NCBI GenBank assembly: GCA_965661285.1
Contig: CBFIDD010000003.1
Span: 96,001-160,000, forward strand
Reading direction: 5' to 3'
Length of the DNA stretch: 64,000 nucleotides
Source of the DNA: Poseidonia sp.
Lineage (GTDB): Archaea; Thermoplasmatota; Poseidoniia; Poseidoniales; Poseidoniaceae
This document shows positions 8,825 to 18,400 of the stretch, piece by piece (positions within the stretch are counted from its first letter, which is position 1; every line of letters starts with the position of its first letter). The notes under the pieces were generated by a model. It was not told where the DNA came from. It saw only the letters and a list, made by a program, of their open reading frames with translations, and searched no databases. A program made the translations under genes and the position numbers.

Positions 8825-9124
8825 TCACGGAAGCGTGAAGAGGACATCATCACCGTGGCCGTCGAGCCAACCGATTTTGACACCGGCGTCAATCCAAGCA
8901 TGGGCGTAATTGATGGCCCCAAACGCTCGGACGAGGTCGCCAGTGGTGAGGAAATGTTGGGCATCAGATGCGTAATCGTCAGCCATTCGCATCATTGTAG
9001 CCAAGTGCTTGCCCTCCGGGCTATCGACGTCCACCAGCGTGGTCGCTTTGGCCCTTGCGCGACGGGTGATGTCAAGGTAAGACTCCACGCGGGCCACGGT
9101 AAGGGTGTGGTGCTCTTCGCTCAT
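8825..9124 (-). CDS. DUF357 family protein
   Basis: MA.DY.SDA.HFL..GD.V.AFGAINYAHAWIDAG..IG. Confidence 0.85.
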   Translation of the reverse strand: MSEEHHTLTVARVESYLDITRRARAKATTLVDVDSPEGKHLATMMRMADDYASDAQHFLTTGDLVRAFGAINYAHAWIDAGVKIGWLDGHGDDVLFTLP

Positions 9125-10170
9125 TCCCCACCCTCCTTTTGGCGTCCAAGCAACCGACGTGCGTCCTCTGTTCGTCCAAGGGCTTCGTAGAGTTCAATGG
9201 CCAGTGACAACTTCCCAAGGTCTTCCGCTTCTTGAGCCCGAAGGAACATCTGTCGACGCTCCTCCCAATTACGAGCCATGGCGGCCTCCGCTGCCGCTTT
9301 GTAGCGCCCCTCTCGTTCGGCATCGGCCAAATGAGGAGCGGTCCAACGACGAACCAGACCGTCCCGAGTCGCTGTGGCCATCGCGTCAGGGGTACACAAC
9401 ACGAGCAGGTCGCCGAGGTCCATCCCTTGCGTCAGTGGTTTTTCCTCATCTTCGCCTTGTTGTTCGGTCATGGAAAGAAGATGGCCCTCGATACCCAAGA
9501 CCCACCAGCCTTCGCCTGTGCGTACCGCACTCATCGGCTCGACGCTCTCGTATTCCAATCGGTTGATGGCGTCCCAACCGAAGGGATGCGGGATGCCTTC
9601 CCACAATCCGCCATCGCTGCTTTGCAAGAGCAGACGGCCGTCGGTCAACGACGAACACCAACTCCAGGAGCGCTCTTCGAGCTGGCGCTTGCGGTCATCC
9701 CCGGTTAAGCGGCCGCACCAAAGGTGGCCCTCAGGGTCCTGCCAGAGGAGGTGTTCCCGGTCAAGCCATCCGATGAGACGGCGAACAGGTCCGCTTTCCA
9801 CGCGTCGAATCCCCCGACCGTGTTGCGAAAACAAATGGATTTCACCATGACGGCCGGCAAGGGCCCATCCCCCACCGGGACGTGGGCGCAAATCGCTGAA
9901 CCCACCCGGTGTGCTACGACCTTCGTGGACCATGGTGCCATCACCGGTGTTGATCAAATAGAATCCGTGTGCTGCCAGCACACCCACCGTGCCTTGAGAT
10001 GCTCGGGCAGCGTGAACCTTGAACGGCACATCCACGGCCCAACGGGTTGAACCGTCCGCTTCAAGCAGTTGCAGCCGCAGCCCTGAACTGACCAGCAATC
10101 CGCCTTCAACCGCCGCAAGGGCGGCAATTCGGCCTTCGGCCTGCCACGACCATGCCACGTTCCACGTCAT
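9121..10170 (-). CDS. Beta-propeller (PQQ/WD40-like) protein with C-terminal TPR-like helices
   Basis: Repeated Trp/Gly beta-strand units (DGSTRW, GEIHLF, DGGLWE, ATATRDGLVRRW); C-terminal AQEAEDLGKLSLAIELYEALGRTEDARR. 4-nt overlaps with both neighbours. Confidence 0.55.
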   Translation of the reverse strand: MTWNVAWSWQAEGRIAALAAVEGGLLVSSGLRLQLLEADGSTRWAVDVPFKVHAARASQGTVGVLAAHGFYLINTGDGTMVHEGRSTPGGFSDLRPRPGGGWALAGRHGEIHLFSQHGRGIRRVESGPVRRLIGWLDREHLLWQDPEGHLWCGRLTGDDRKRQLEERSWSWCSSLTDGRLLLQSSDGGLWEGIPHPFGWDAINRLEYESVEPMSAVRTGEGWWVLGIEGHLLSMTEQQGEDEEKPLTQGMDLGDLLVLCTPDAMATATRDGLVRRWTAPHLADAEREGRYKAAAEAAMARNWEERRQMFLRAQEAEDLGKLSLAIELYEALGRTEDARRLLGRQKEGGE

Positions 10171-12011
10171 TGGACATCACCAACCTCAAGCGCGCCCCAA
10201 GCAATTAATTGCGCTCGAGCAGCCTGTGTGAGTGAAAACTTGCGACTTCTTCCAACCTGGCGTGCCTGAAGAATTCCACTCCTGAGAAGTCGATTGCTGA
10301 TCTGAGAAAGTCGTGCCCTCTTGATGCCCAAATGGTCGAGCATCGATGCGTCTGAAGGAGAATAATCCCGTTCTTGAGCGATGGCCACAACATAAGCGTC
10401 AGTGGAGTTGAGTGAATTCAAGACGGCGGGATTCAGTGGATGGACTTCCTTTGGCCCTAAGCGCTGGCGAAACCGTTCCTCAAAAAAAGCGAGAAGGCCC
10501 TCGTGTGCTTCTCCGCCCCCCGATGGTTGTACAAGCGCCAAAAGGGCTTGGAGGGTGTTGAGCGCATCGGCGTTTGACGATGGAGCAGACACCGGTTCGG
10601 GTGCAGGGAGGTCGCTTGAATCATCGATGATGTTCTCCAAGGTTACCGAAAAGGGAGGATCAACCATCCCGATTTCATCGTGGAGCATAACCGCAGATTC
10701 CTCTTCTGGCACAGGCTCATCGGGCAACGCTGGGAGCACCGATTCAGCGACATAATACTCATTCCCCTCAAAGGCAGCGATGAGTTGCTGATCGCCCTTA
10801 TCGCTTTTTGACTGCATCTCCTTCACCGCCTCATTGGTCGCCTTACCCCGGTCAGCAATCCTGCTAAACATACCAGAGGAGGGCCTGACGGCATCGGCAT
10901 CGATGATGGGTGAGGCAAGTGGACTCTCTTGGATGGGCTCGTCGCGGCCCTTCTCTTCGTCCAACCAACCGATGTTGAGCTCAAAACTTGAGGAGGGAGC
11001 CTTTTGTGAAGGCCCTGCATCTCCGCCCTTCTTGGATGGAAGAGGAGGACGTTGGTCCCAAGGCATGGAGGCGTCGATCACATCAGTGGACGGTCCAGGC
11101 TCAGGGGGCGTTTCTGATGCGATTTCGTCCGTCTCAAAAGGAAGCGGTGGGAGGCTCTCCTCCCCCACCGTTGCTTCATGGTTGTTTCCCGTCATGATTT
11201 GGTGCAGTGAATCGGGCTCGTCTCGCGGCAAAATCTTCGCCGATGTATCAGCATAATTGACTTCAAAGCCGTCTGGGTTTTGCATGCGAATCCCGTCCAC
11301 CACGTCACGAAGTTTTGTGATGACATGTGCCGGAAAACCCTCGCACTCATCGAGAATCCGGACCGCATCCTGCAGTGAAAATTCGCTGTCCATCACGCCA
11401 ACGGACGCCAAACGCTGGCGGACCAAGGCGAGCACGTCGTTGGCGGTGAACGGTGTCATGCGTTGGACTTCAAATCCCTCAATGACCGTTTGCGGGAGGT
11501 GATGCCGTTCCTTGACGTCGCAAACCAGGACCAACAGGGCGTTCAGACGTTCGAGGGAAGAATGTGCATCACGCAGAGCCACCTCAAGGACAGAAAGGTC
11601 GCTTGCGGGGACGTCGATGACGATCATGGGGAGCTTGTTGGGGTGACTGTACATCTCGTTCACAAGGTCGTTCACCAACTCCGTTCGGTTGTTTGGGGGC
11701 TCGCCACCAATCATTTGCCGATAGCACATGCTGAGAAGCGCACGCGCCGGGGACTGCGCAGGCAGGTGGTCGATGGTTGCAGAAGCCCCCGCATACGGCA
11801 TCAAGCATCGGGCCAGCGAGGTGCGTCCCGAACCAAGCGGGCCGAGCAACATGACTTTTCTGGCCGTGCCGAGTTGCAGGTAGGCCTTCAGTCGGGTAAA
11901 CATCTCCGTCCGCCCAACGAGTTTTCCGGATTCTCCGGACTCAAGCGGACGGATTGAAAACGGGTTGACATTCAAGGCCGGTAAGCCGTAAGCGTACGTT
12001 TCTCGAGACAT
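10167..12011 (-). CDS. AAA+-like protein with degenerate ATPase motifs, acidic Pro-rich linker and C-terminal winged HTH
   Basis: NPFSIRPL, LVGR, Walker A GPLGSGRT (K to R), Walker B MIVIDVP, PFT..DV..LV.QRL, GFPA; C-terminal LGIKRARLSQISNRLLRSGIL...QVGRSRKFSLT. ATG at 12011 (TTG at 12020). Confidence 0.7.
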   Translation of the reverse strand: MSRETYAYGLPALNVNPFSIRPLESGESGKLVGRTEMFTRLKAYLQLGTARKVMLLGPLGSGRTSLARCLMPYAGASATIDHLPAQSPARALLSMCYRQMIGGEPPNNRTELVNDLVNEMYSHPNKLPMIVIDVPASDLSVLEVALRDAHSSLERLNALLVLVCDVKERHHLPQTVIEGFEVQRMTPFTANDVLALVRQRLASVGVMDSEFSLQDAVRILDECEGFPAHVITKLRDVVDGIRMQNPDGFEVNYADTSAKILPRDEPDSLHQIMTGNNHEATVGEESLPPLPFETDEIASETPPEPGPSTDVIDASMPWDQRPPLPSKKGGDAGPSQKAPSSSFELNIGWLDEEKGRDEPIQESPLASPIIDADAVRPSSGMFSRIADRGKATNEAVKEMQSKSDKGDQQLIAAFEGNEYYVAESVLPALPDEPVPEEESAVMLHDEIGMVDPPFSVTLENIIDDSSDLPAPEPVSAPSSNADALNTLQALLALVQPSGGGEAHEGLLAFFEERFRQRLGPKEVHPLNPAVLNSLNSTDAYVVAIAQERDYSPSDASMLDHLGIKRARLSQISNRLLRSGILQARQVGRSRKFSLTQAARAQLIAWGALEVGDVQ

Positions 12012-12070
12012 GGATGTCAAACGATGTTCTGGTATATCATGTTTCAGCGAAGCAAGCAGGCGGAGAGACT

Positions 12071-12172
12071 CGTTACGAAGCGTTAATTCCTCTGCCAGAG
12101 CGCTTTTTTGCCCCTAAATAACGCATCATTAACGCAACATTAACGCGTTAACCAAACCGTTAATCCCGTTAA
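12071..12172. repeat. Array of eight CGTTA/TAACG boxes centred on the palindrome TTAACGCGTTAA
   Basis: CGTTA at 12071, 12081, 12146, 12158, 12167; TAACG at 12119, 12130, 12141 (11-bp period); perfect 12-bp palindrome at 12140-12151; lies in a divergent intergenic region. Confidence 0.85.
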
Positions 12173-12247
12173 CCTGCATCGAACACCCACACCGCTGTAG
12201 CGATTGTTTGAAGGAACCCAGCCCCCACCCTTCACACGGGAAGCACC

Positions 12248-13546
12248 ATGCCGGTCGAGAACAGTCGCGTGAAAGGATTGTACAAACGCAGCGTGGAAGA
12301 GCGACGAAACCTCGTTGCTGCTGCAGCCAACCTGACCGATGAGCACATCACGGCCCTTTCGCAGCACGGCGAATTGGACGAAACCGCAGCTGACCGCATG
12401 ATTGAGAACGTCATCGGGACCATGTCGCTTCCTGTTGGCGTGGCCACCAACTTCGTCATCGACGGGAAGCACTACCTCATCCCGTTTTGCCTTGAAGAAT
12501 CCAGCGTGGTGGCCGCCGCCTCCAACATGGCGAAGCGCTGCTTAACGAACGGCGGATTCACCACGCAAAACGATGAACCCATCATGATTGGTCAAATACA
12601 ACTTCTGGGCGTTGAAGGCCTTGATGAGGCACAGCAAGCCATCCTCGGAGCGAAAGAAGACTTGATGGCCTTTTGTAACGATGTCCCTTCACGAATGATC
12701 GCCTTGGGCGGTGGGTGCAAAGATATCGAGGTTCGCCAGTTGGCGACATCTCTGGGCGAGATGCTCATCGTTCATCTTCTCGTTGACTGCAGAGACGCCA
12801 TGGGCGCCAACGCCGTGAACACCATGGCAGAACGCGTCGCACCTCGATTGGAAGCCTTGACCGGAGGACGAGCACACCTGCGCATCCTTTCCAACCTCGC
12901 TGGGCACCGACTGGCACGGGTACGCGCTACGTTCACGCCCGAAGAAATGGCGTCGGATGGAACACGGGATGACGGCCTCGCCGTGATTCAGGGCATCATC
13001 GAAGCCCACACCTTTGCCGTTGAGGACCCGTTTCGGGCCACCACCCACAACAAGGGCATCATGAACGCCATCAGCAGCGTTGCCCTTGCGTGCGGCCAGG
13101 ACTGGCGAGCCATTGAAGCGGGCTGCCATGCATGGACCACCATCGCCGATACCCGCTATACTTCGATGTCCTCTTGGGAACAAGATGAGGACGGGAACCT
13201 CATTGGGAGCATGTCGCTTCCCATGGCCGTGGGCATCGTAGGCGGGGCGTCAAAAGTTCATCCCGCTGCCCAAGCCAATCTGGCCATCTTAGGCGTGGAA
13301 TCTGCCCAGGAACTCGCAGGCATCATGCTCTGCGCAGGCCTCGCCCAAAACTTAGGGGCGCTTCGTGCACTTTCCACCAAGGGCATCCAAGCGGGTCATA
13401 TGAAATTGCACGCCAAGAACATGGCTGTTAGCGCCGGTGCAGTGGGTGATGAAGTGGAAGCGTTGGCTGCTCGGCTCCAAGCCCACGAGGGACATCGCTC
13501 GCAAAGTTTGGTCGAGCAGTGGCTGGAAGAGATGCGAAAGGCTTGA
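12248..13546 (+). CDS. mvaA: Hydroxymethylglutaryl-CoA reductase, class II
   Basis: IENVIG, EESSVVAAAS, DAMGAN, ILSN, THNKGIMN, GQDWRAIEAG, GIQAGHMKLH. Confidence 0.95.
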   Translation: MPVENSRVKGLYKRSVEERRNLVAAAANLTDEHITALSQHGELDETAADRMIENVIGTMSLPVGVATNFVIDGKHYLIPFCLEESSVVAAASNMAKRCLTNGGFTTQNDEPIMIGQIQLLGVEGLDEAQQAILGAKEDLMAFCNDVPSRMIALGGGCKDIEVRQLATSLGEMLIVHLLVDCRDAMGANAVNTMAERVAPRLEALTGGRAHLRILSNLAGHRLARVRATFTPEEMASDGTRDDGLAVIQGIIEAHTFAVEDPFRATTHNKGIMNAISSVALACGQDWRAIEAGCHAWTTIADTRYTSMSSWEQDEDGNLIGSMSLPMAVGIVGGASKVHPAAQANLAILGVESAQELAGIMLCAGLAQNLGALRALSTKGIQAGHMKLHAKNMAVSAGAVGDEVEALAARLQAHEGHRSQSLVEQWLEEMRKA

Positions 13547-13548
13547 CC

Positions 13549-14157
13549 TCATTCTTCTTGAACGGGAAGCGATGACTGCACGGTCCCCGCATCTTCAGTT
13601 TCTTCACGCAGGATTTCATTCCGGTCTCCCAATTCGTCGAGGAGACCGCTGGACTGGACCTGTTCTCTGAACCAGGCCTTGACTTTCTTGCGGTCGGTGT
13701 GCGGACAGCCGAAGGCTTCCGAGAAACGCCGGGTCGTCGCTAAACGTCGGGTGTTCCCGTCCTTTCGACGGTCGATCATGCCGTGCTGGGCAAGTTCACG
13801 CACGTAATCGTAGGCTTTCTGACCAAGCAGCTCAACAAGACGAGATTGGGGCATGGGCTGGTGATAGGCGATGAGCGCCGCCGCTTTGAGCAGTTTTGGG
13901 GGCATGTCGGTCTTTGTCTCCTTCGGCAGATGAACGGCGATGCTCGGCTTGACTTCCAAGGCCCATCGATCTCCTACCTCTGCCAGTTGAAGCGCCCCAC
14001 CTTTTCTCCGCTTGAGCGTGGCTTGCAGCGAGCCAAGACAGTCGAGCATCTCATCTTCGTCATAGCCCAGCACCGTGGAGAGTTCCTCGACGGACATGGA
14101 TTTCCCCGAACTGAACAACGTGGCTTCGATGAGAGATTCCAAGGGTAATTCAGCCAT
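13549..14157 (-). CDS. scpB: SMC-Scp complex subunit ScpB
   Basis: IEATLF, ALIAYHQP...S.LV...G..AYDYVREL, TT.RF...FG; follows scpA. Confidence 0.92.
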   Translation of the reverse strand: MAELPLESLIEATLFSSGKSMSVEELSTVLGYDEDEMLDCLGSLQATLKRRKGGALQLAEVGDRWALEVKPSIAVHLPKETKTDMPPKLLKAAALIAYHQPMPQSRLVELLGQKAYDYVRELAQHGMIDRRKDGNTRRLATTRRFSEAFGCPHTDRKKVKAWFREQVQSSGLLDELGDRNEILREETEDAGTVQSSLPVQEE

Positions 14158-14169
14158 GTAACTCTCTCC

Positions 14170-15402
14170 TTACTCCACCAACCAATCGTGATGTTCCAGC
14201 CGATCTGACGTGGCGTCCTCTGTCTCGACTTCGACGGTTTCGTCGCCGGCAGATGCCTCTTGTCCCTTGGCCTCGTGTTCTGCCTTTGCTTCCATGCGCG
14301 CTCGGCGGCGGGCCTCGCGTTCTTCGGCCAGTCGGGCTCGTTCCGCAATGGCTTCCATCCTGTGCTCGGACCCGGTGGTCTCGCCGCCCAGAGCCTCGGC
14401 ATCTTCTGCCATAAGGGCCTCAACCGCTTCGAGAACGTCCTCGAAGACCGAGAGATTCGGCCAGAGGTCCTCGATCATGATGTTTTCAACGGCTTCGCCA
14501 TCCTGAGAGATGCTCGCCATCCGTCGGTGCGTCAAGAAGAGACCGGCGATAAATGAAGCCACGAAGGCTTCGCTTTGCGGGTCCTCGAGCGCTTCGCCGA
14601 ACGTCTCTTTGAGCACAGGTTTGAGTTTTGCAATGACGTCGACCAGAGGAACGATGGCGGAACCGGCCTCGGCACAGGTGGATTTTAGGGCCACCCAACA
14701 TCGTTGGATATCGCCTTCAAGGTCTTCGTTGTGCATTCGCCCGCCGACGTTTTCGAGGTACTCACTCAATTCACGCTCATGCTCGATACGATTGATTTCA
14801 CGCTGTTTGAGCGCTTCTGCATCGTCGGCAGCGTCTTTGAACGCAGAGAGCAATTCCGCCAGGGTCACCGGCCGGCCCTCATCGCGACGAACACGTTCAT
14901 CGAAGAGGGTTGACAGCACGTCATCTGCGTCGCCGTCCAAAACGGATTGTGTGAAGAAAAACGCCTCGTCGTCGTATTCGGATTCCCAACCAAAACCACC
15001 GTCGTCAATCCAGACCTCTTCCTCAACGGGCTGAATTTTGTCAAAAAGGACCGCCGACTGGTGATGGAGGACCTCCCAAGAGAGTCGAATGAGGCGTCCA
15101 CAAGCAGGAAGATCGAGGTTTTCACCCTCCTTCACACGCTCGGCAAAGACGTTGAGGAACGCGGAGAGGTCAACATCCCAAGGGTTGAATTCCTCATCAC
15201 GAACCAATGAGAGGACCAGCGCGACCGACCGGTCAAAGGGGTCGTGGAGGCTCTGGTGTTCCGCCTCTTCGGTTGCAGCGATGGTGGCGATACGCAAACC
15301 AAATTCCTCAGCATCCTCTCGCTCCTCACCTTGTCCGAGGAGTTGGTCGATGATTTCCTGCTGGAGGAACCACCGGTCGAGCATGCTTTGTTGTTCAGCC
15401 AT
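14170..15402 (-). CDS. scpA: Kleisin ScpA with extended acidic C-terminus
   Basis: LV....FNPWDVDL, RPVTLAELL, HNEDLE, FVASFIAGLFL; located between smc and scpB. Confidence 0.85.
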   Translation of the reverse strand: MAEQQSMLDRWFLQQEIIDQLLGQGEEREDAEEFGLRIATIAATEEAEHQSLHDPFDRSVALVLSLVRDEEFNPWDVDLSAFLNVFAERVKEGENLDLPACGRLIRLSWEVLHHQSAVLFDKIQPVEEEVWIDDGGFGWESEYDDEAFFFTQSVLDGDADDVLSTLFDERVRRDEGRPVTLAELLSAFKDAADDAEALKQREINRIEHERELSEYLENVGGRMHNEDLEGDIQRCWVALKSTCAEAGSAIVPLVDVIAKLKPVLKETFGEALEDPQSEAFVASFIAGLFLTHRRMASISQDGEAVENIMIEDLWPNLSVFEDVLEAVEALMAEDAEALGGETTGSEHRMEAIAERARLAEEREARRRARMEAKAEHEAKGQEASAGDETVEVETEDATSDRLEHHDWLVE

Positions 15403-15411
15403 GAAATCACC

Positions 15412-18400
15412 TCACTGTTCACCGGATTCGATCGTTGCTTCAGATTCATCGGCTGTATCGGTTTCCAACGACTTCGCTTCGGCGACCTTCGAGGCCAGCT
15501 CGGCTCGTTCGTTGATGTCCTCGGTCAGGTCTTGCGTCCGCTCCATCAAAGCGCCCAGCGGGGCATCTTCTGCCTCGTCTTCATGCATGTGGGGCAACAA
15601 CCCCCCCAGGCTCTTGGGCACCGAAAGCTCTTCGGGAACGGTTGGCATGTCTTCGGCTGCGGCCACGGCGTCCATGATGCGGGACTCGTTCTTGGCAGCG
15701 TCTTTCTGCGCTTCTTTGAGGGCCGCCTCACCAAGCGCGATGGCACGCTCACGATCAAAGTCAAGAATGCGGCGACTGCAACCGTCTCCGCCGTGGGTAA
15801 TGCCGATGTGATGGTCGGCGAGTTTGAGAGAGACCTTGCGCAGGGTGACCATGATGAATTGCGCTCGCTTGCTGCGCTTACGACACATCTTCGCAATGCG
15901 TTCGGCATTGTAAGCATCGAGGTTTTGGTCCACTTCATCGAAGTAATAGAACGGGCTTGGGTCATAATCTTGGATAGCGAAAATGAGGGCGAGTGCCGCC
16001 ATGGATTGTTCGCCTCCGGAGAGTTGCTGACGGCTCACCTTCGAGGACTTGCCTCGGGGCTGAGCCCACAATTCCAGACCGCCCTTGAACGGTTCATCGG
16101 GGTTCTCGAGGAAGAGTTCACCTCGACCGCCGTCCGAGAGTTCGTGGTAGGATTTCTTGAAGTTCTCATTGACCTTCTCAAGCACGTTGACAAGGCGTTC
16201 CTTTCGTTGTGATTCGAGCTGTTCGGTAACATCGATCAAGTCCTTGCGTCGAGCTTGGAGGGTGGCGAATTCATCCTTCATCAAGTCAAGACGTGCTTCG
16301 CATTCATCGTATTGCTGAATGGCCATCATGTTGACATTGCCGAAGTTCTCCATCTTGCGCTGCAGGCCTCGGAGTTGTCGCTCCAACTCTCCGACATTCT
16401 TCAGGTCGTCTGGGAGGTCATCCAAGGAAAGGTCTGCTTCAATGAGTTCCTGCGCCATCAACTGAACTTCAGCCTCCTTTTCACTGATGGTTCGCATCAA
16501 TTCATCGGCCAGCCGGCGATGGTTCTGCGCTTGGTTGAGGCGCTCCTCGTTTCGCACTCGCAACGTGGCTCGCTGGTCGGTCAGTTCTTGCCGTTCTTGC
16601 TCAAGCCCTTGATTCTCTTCCAAGTACACGGCTTGCTCGTCTTTTTTGGCCTTCAGAGCCACCCTGTCGGTGGCCAATGTGGCTTCAAGTTCGTCAACCC
16701 GAACCAAACGGGCTTCTTTGTTCTCGTGAAGCACATCCAAGCGTTGCTTGGTCTCGTCCACCCTTCGTTGAAGGACGGTTTGATGGCTTGTTCCGCTGGC
16801 GATGGTCTCCTCTGCCTTTTCCTTGGCGCCGTTCGCTTTCACGCGCAGCAGGTTGGCATCGTGCATGCGTTCGCGAAGGTGCTCGGGGCTGGCGGCTTCC
16901 AATGCGGCCTTGGCGGCTTCATGTGCTTCTCGAGCCCCGGCAACGACGCGGTCAGCCGCATCGAGCGCTCGAAGAGCATCTTGGGCGCTTATACGGACCT
17001 CGTCCAGTTTTTCCTCCAAACCGGTGACGACATTTCCTGCTTTGGTATGGGCTTGGCCCACCTGCTTCTTTTCCGCCTTCAGTTCTCTGAGTTCGGTCGC
17101 GTACGTGTCGTCCACCATGGCGTTGATTTTGTTGCGGATGTGTTGCTGGGCGTTACGTGCCTCCCGGAGGGCTTCGGTGACCGTCGTCTCCATGAGTTGG
17201 TATTTCTCAACCTCTGCTGCGTGCTTTTCGACCTCAGTGGCGCCCTGAATGCGCCCGCCGAAAGCGATGCTCATCTTTCGCTTCGCACCGCCGACCATCG
17301 CCCCACCTGATTCGACAACGTCACCTCGCAGCGTCACAAATCGGGTACCTCCCATGTAGCGACGAGCGACGTTCATGCTCTCAACGATGAGCGTGTTGCG
17401 AAGCACAAATCGAACGGCCACATCGATACGAGGGTCATAATCCAACATTTCGTGGGCAAATCCAAGCACGCCATCTTTTCTCGCCGTCATGACGGTTTTT
17501 CCACCCGCACGTGAGCTAGCGAGTTTGTTCAGCGGCAGGAACGTGGCACGCCCCGCACGGTTTTCGGCCAGCCAACGAATGGCATTGGCAGCATCCTGGT
17601 CGGTCTCCACCACCACGGAGGCCATCCCAGCGCCGATGGCGGTGGCGAGGGCGGTCTCGTGGGCGTGATCTTTGGGTGCACAAAGTTCGGCCACCGTCCC
17701 GATGATGCCCTGGAGTTGTTGGTTATCTCGGGCGCCAAGGACAGCGCTTGCGCCACCGGCCAGGCCCTTTGCGCCGGATTTTCGTTCCATTTCCGATTTG
17801 GCCAGCGAAAGTGCACGCTCGGCTTCTCGAAGTTTGATTTCGATTCGCGTTCGGTCCTCAGCGAGTTGCGATTCAGAGCGCTGCGCTTCCGTCAACTGGC
17901 GTGCCAGCGATTCACGGTTGTATTCGGGGGCATTCTCGGCCATTTCTTGCAGCCGAATGTCCAACTCCCCAAGAGCGAGACGGATCTCCTCGCGCTCGGA
18001 TTGGGCTTTCGCCAGTTGCTCGCCGACCAAGTCGGCCTCGACAGCGAGTTTGTCGACCTCTGTTTGCGCTTCTTGACGCTGCTGTTCGTGATGCTCGACG
18101 ATTTCTTCTGCCGTGGTCAAGGCTTCGGTGAGGTGTTGGTTTTGTTCACCCGCCGTGGCCAACGCCTCGCGAATGCGCTGTTCTTCATCCTGCGCTTCTT
18201 GAAGTTCCAACATCGCCCCAGCAAGGGCTTCGTTTGCGGATTGGAGGTTGGTGATGAACGCGTCAAGTTCCTCGGTTGCCTCCTCCAGTTGTTCTGCGAC
18301 GGCTTGGGCTTCTTCCTCCTCTTCTTCCTCTTCACGAGCCGCTTCTAAAAGTCGGTCGTTGTTGAGTTCAATCGCCACCTGCAAGGCTTGGATAGCTTGA

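Noticed and set aside
12071-12172. CRISPR array or transposon end
   Set aside because: Repeat units are 5-6 bp with no 25-40 bp repeat/spacer structure, and no cas or transposase gene is nearby.
12248-13546. Bacterial-type class II HMG-CoA reductase as a recent transfer
   Set aside because: Class II enzymes are already known in Thermoplasmatales and Archaeoglobus; no compositional anomaly is evident by eye.
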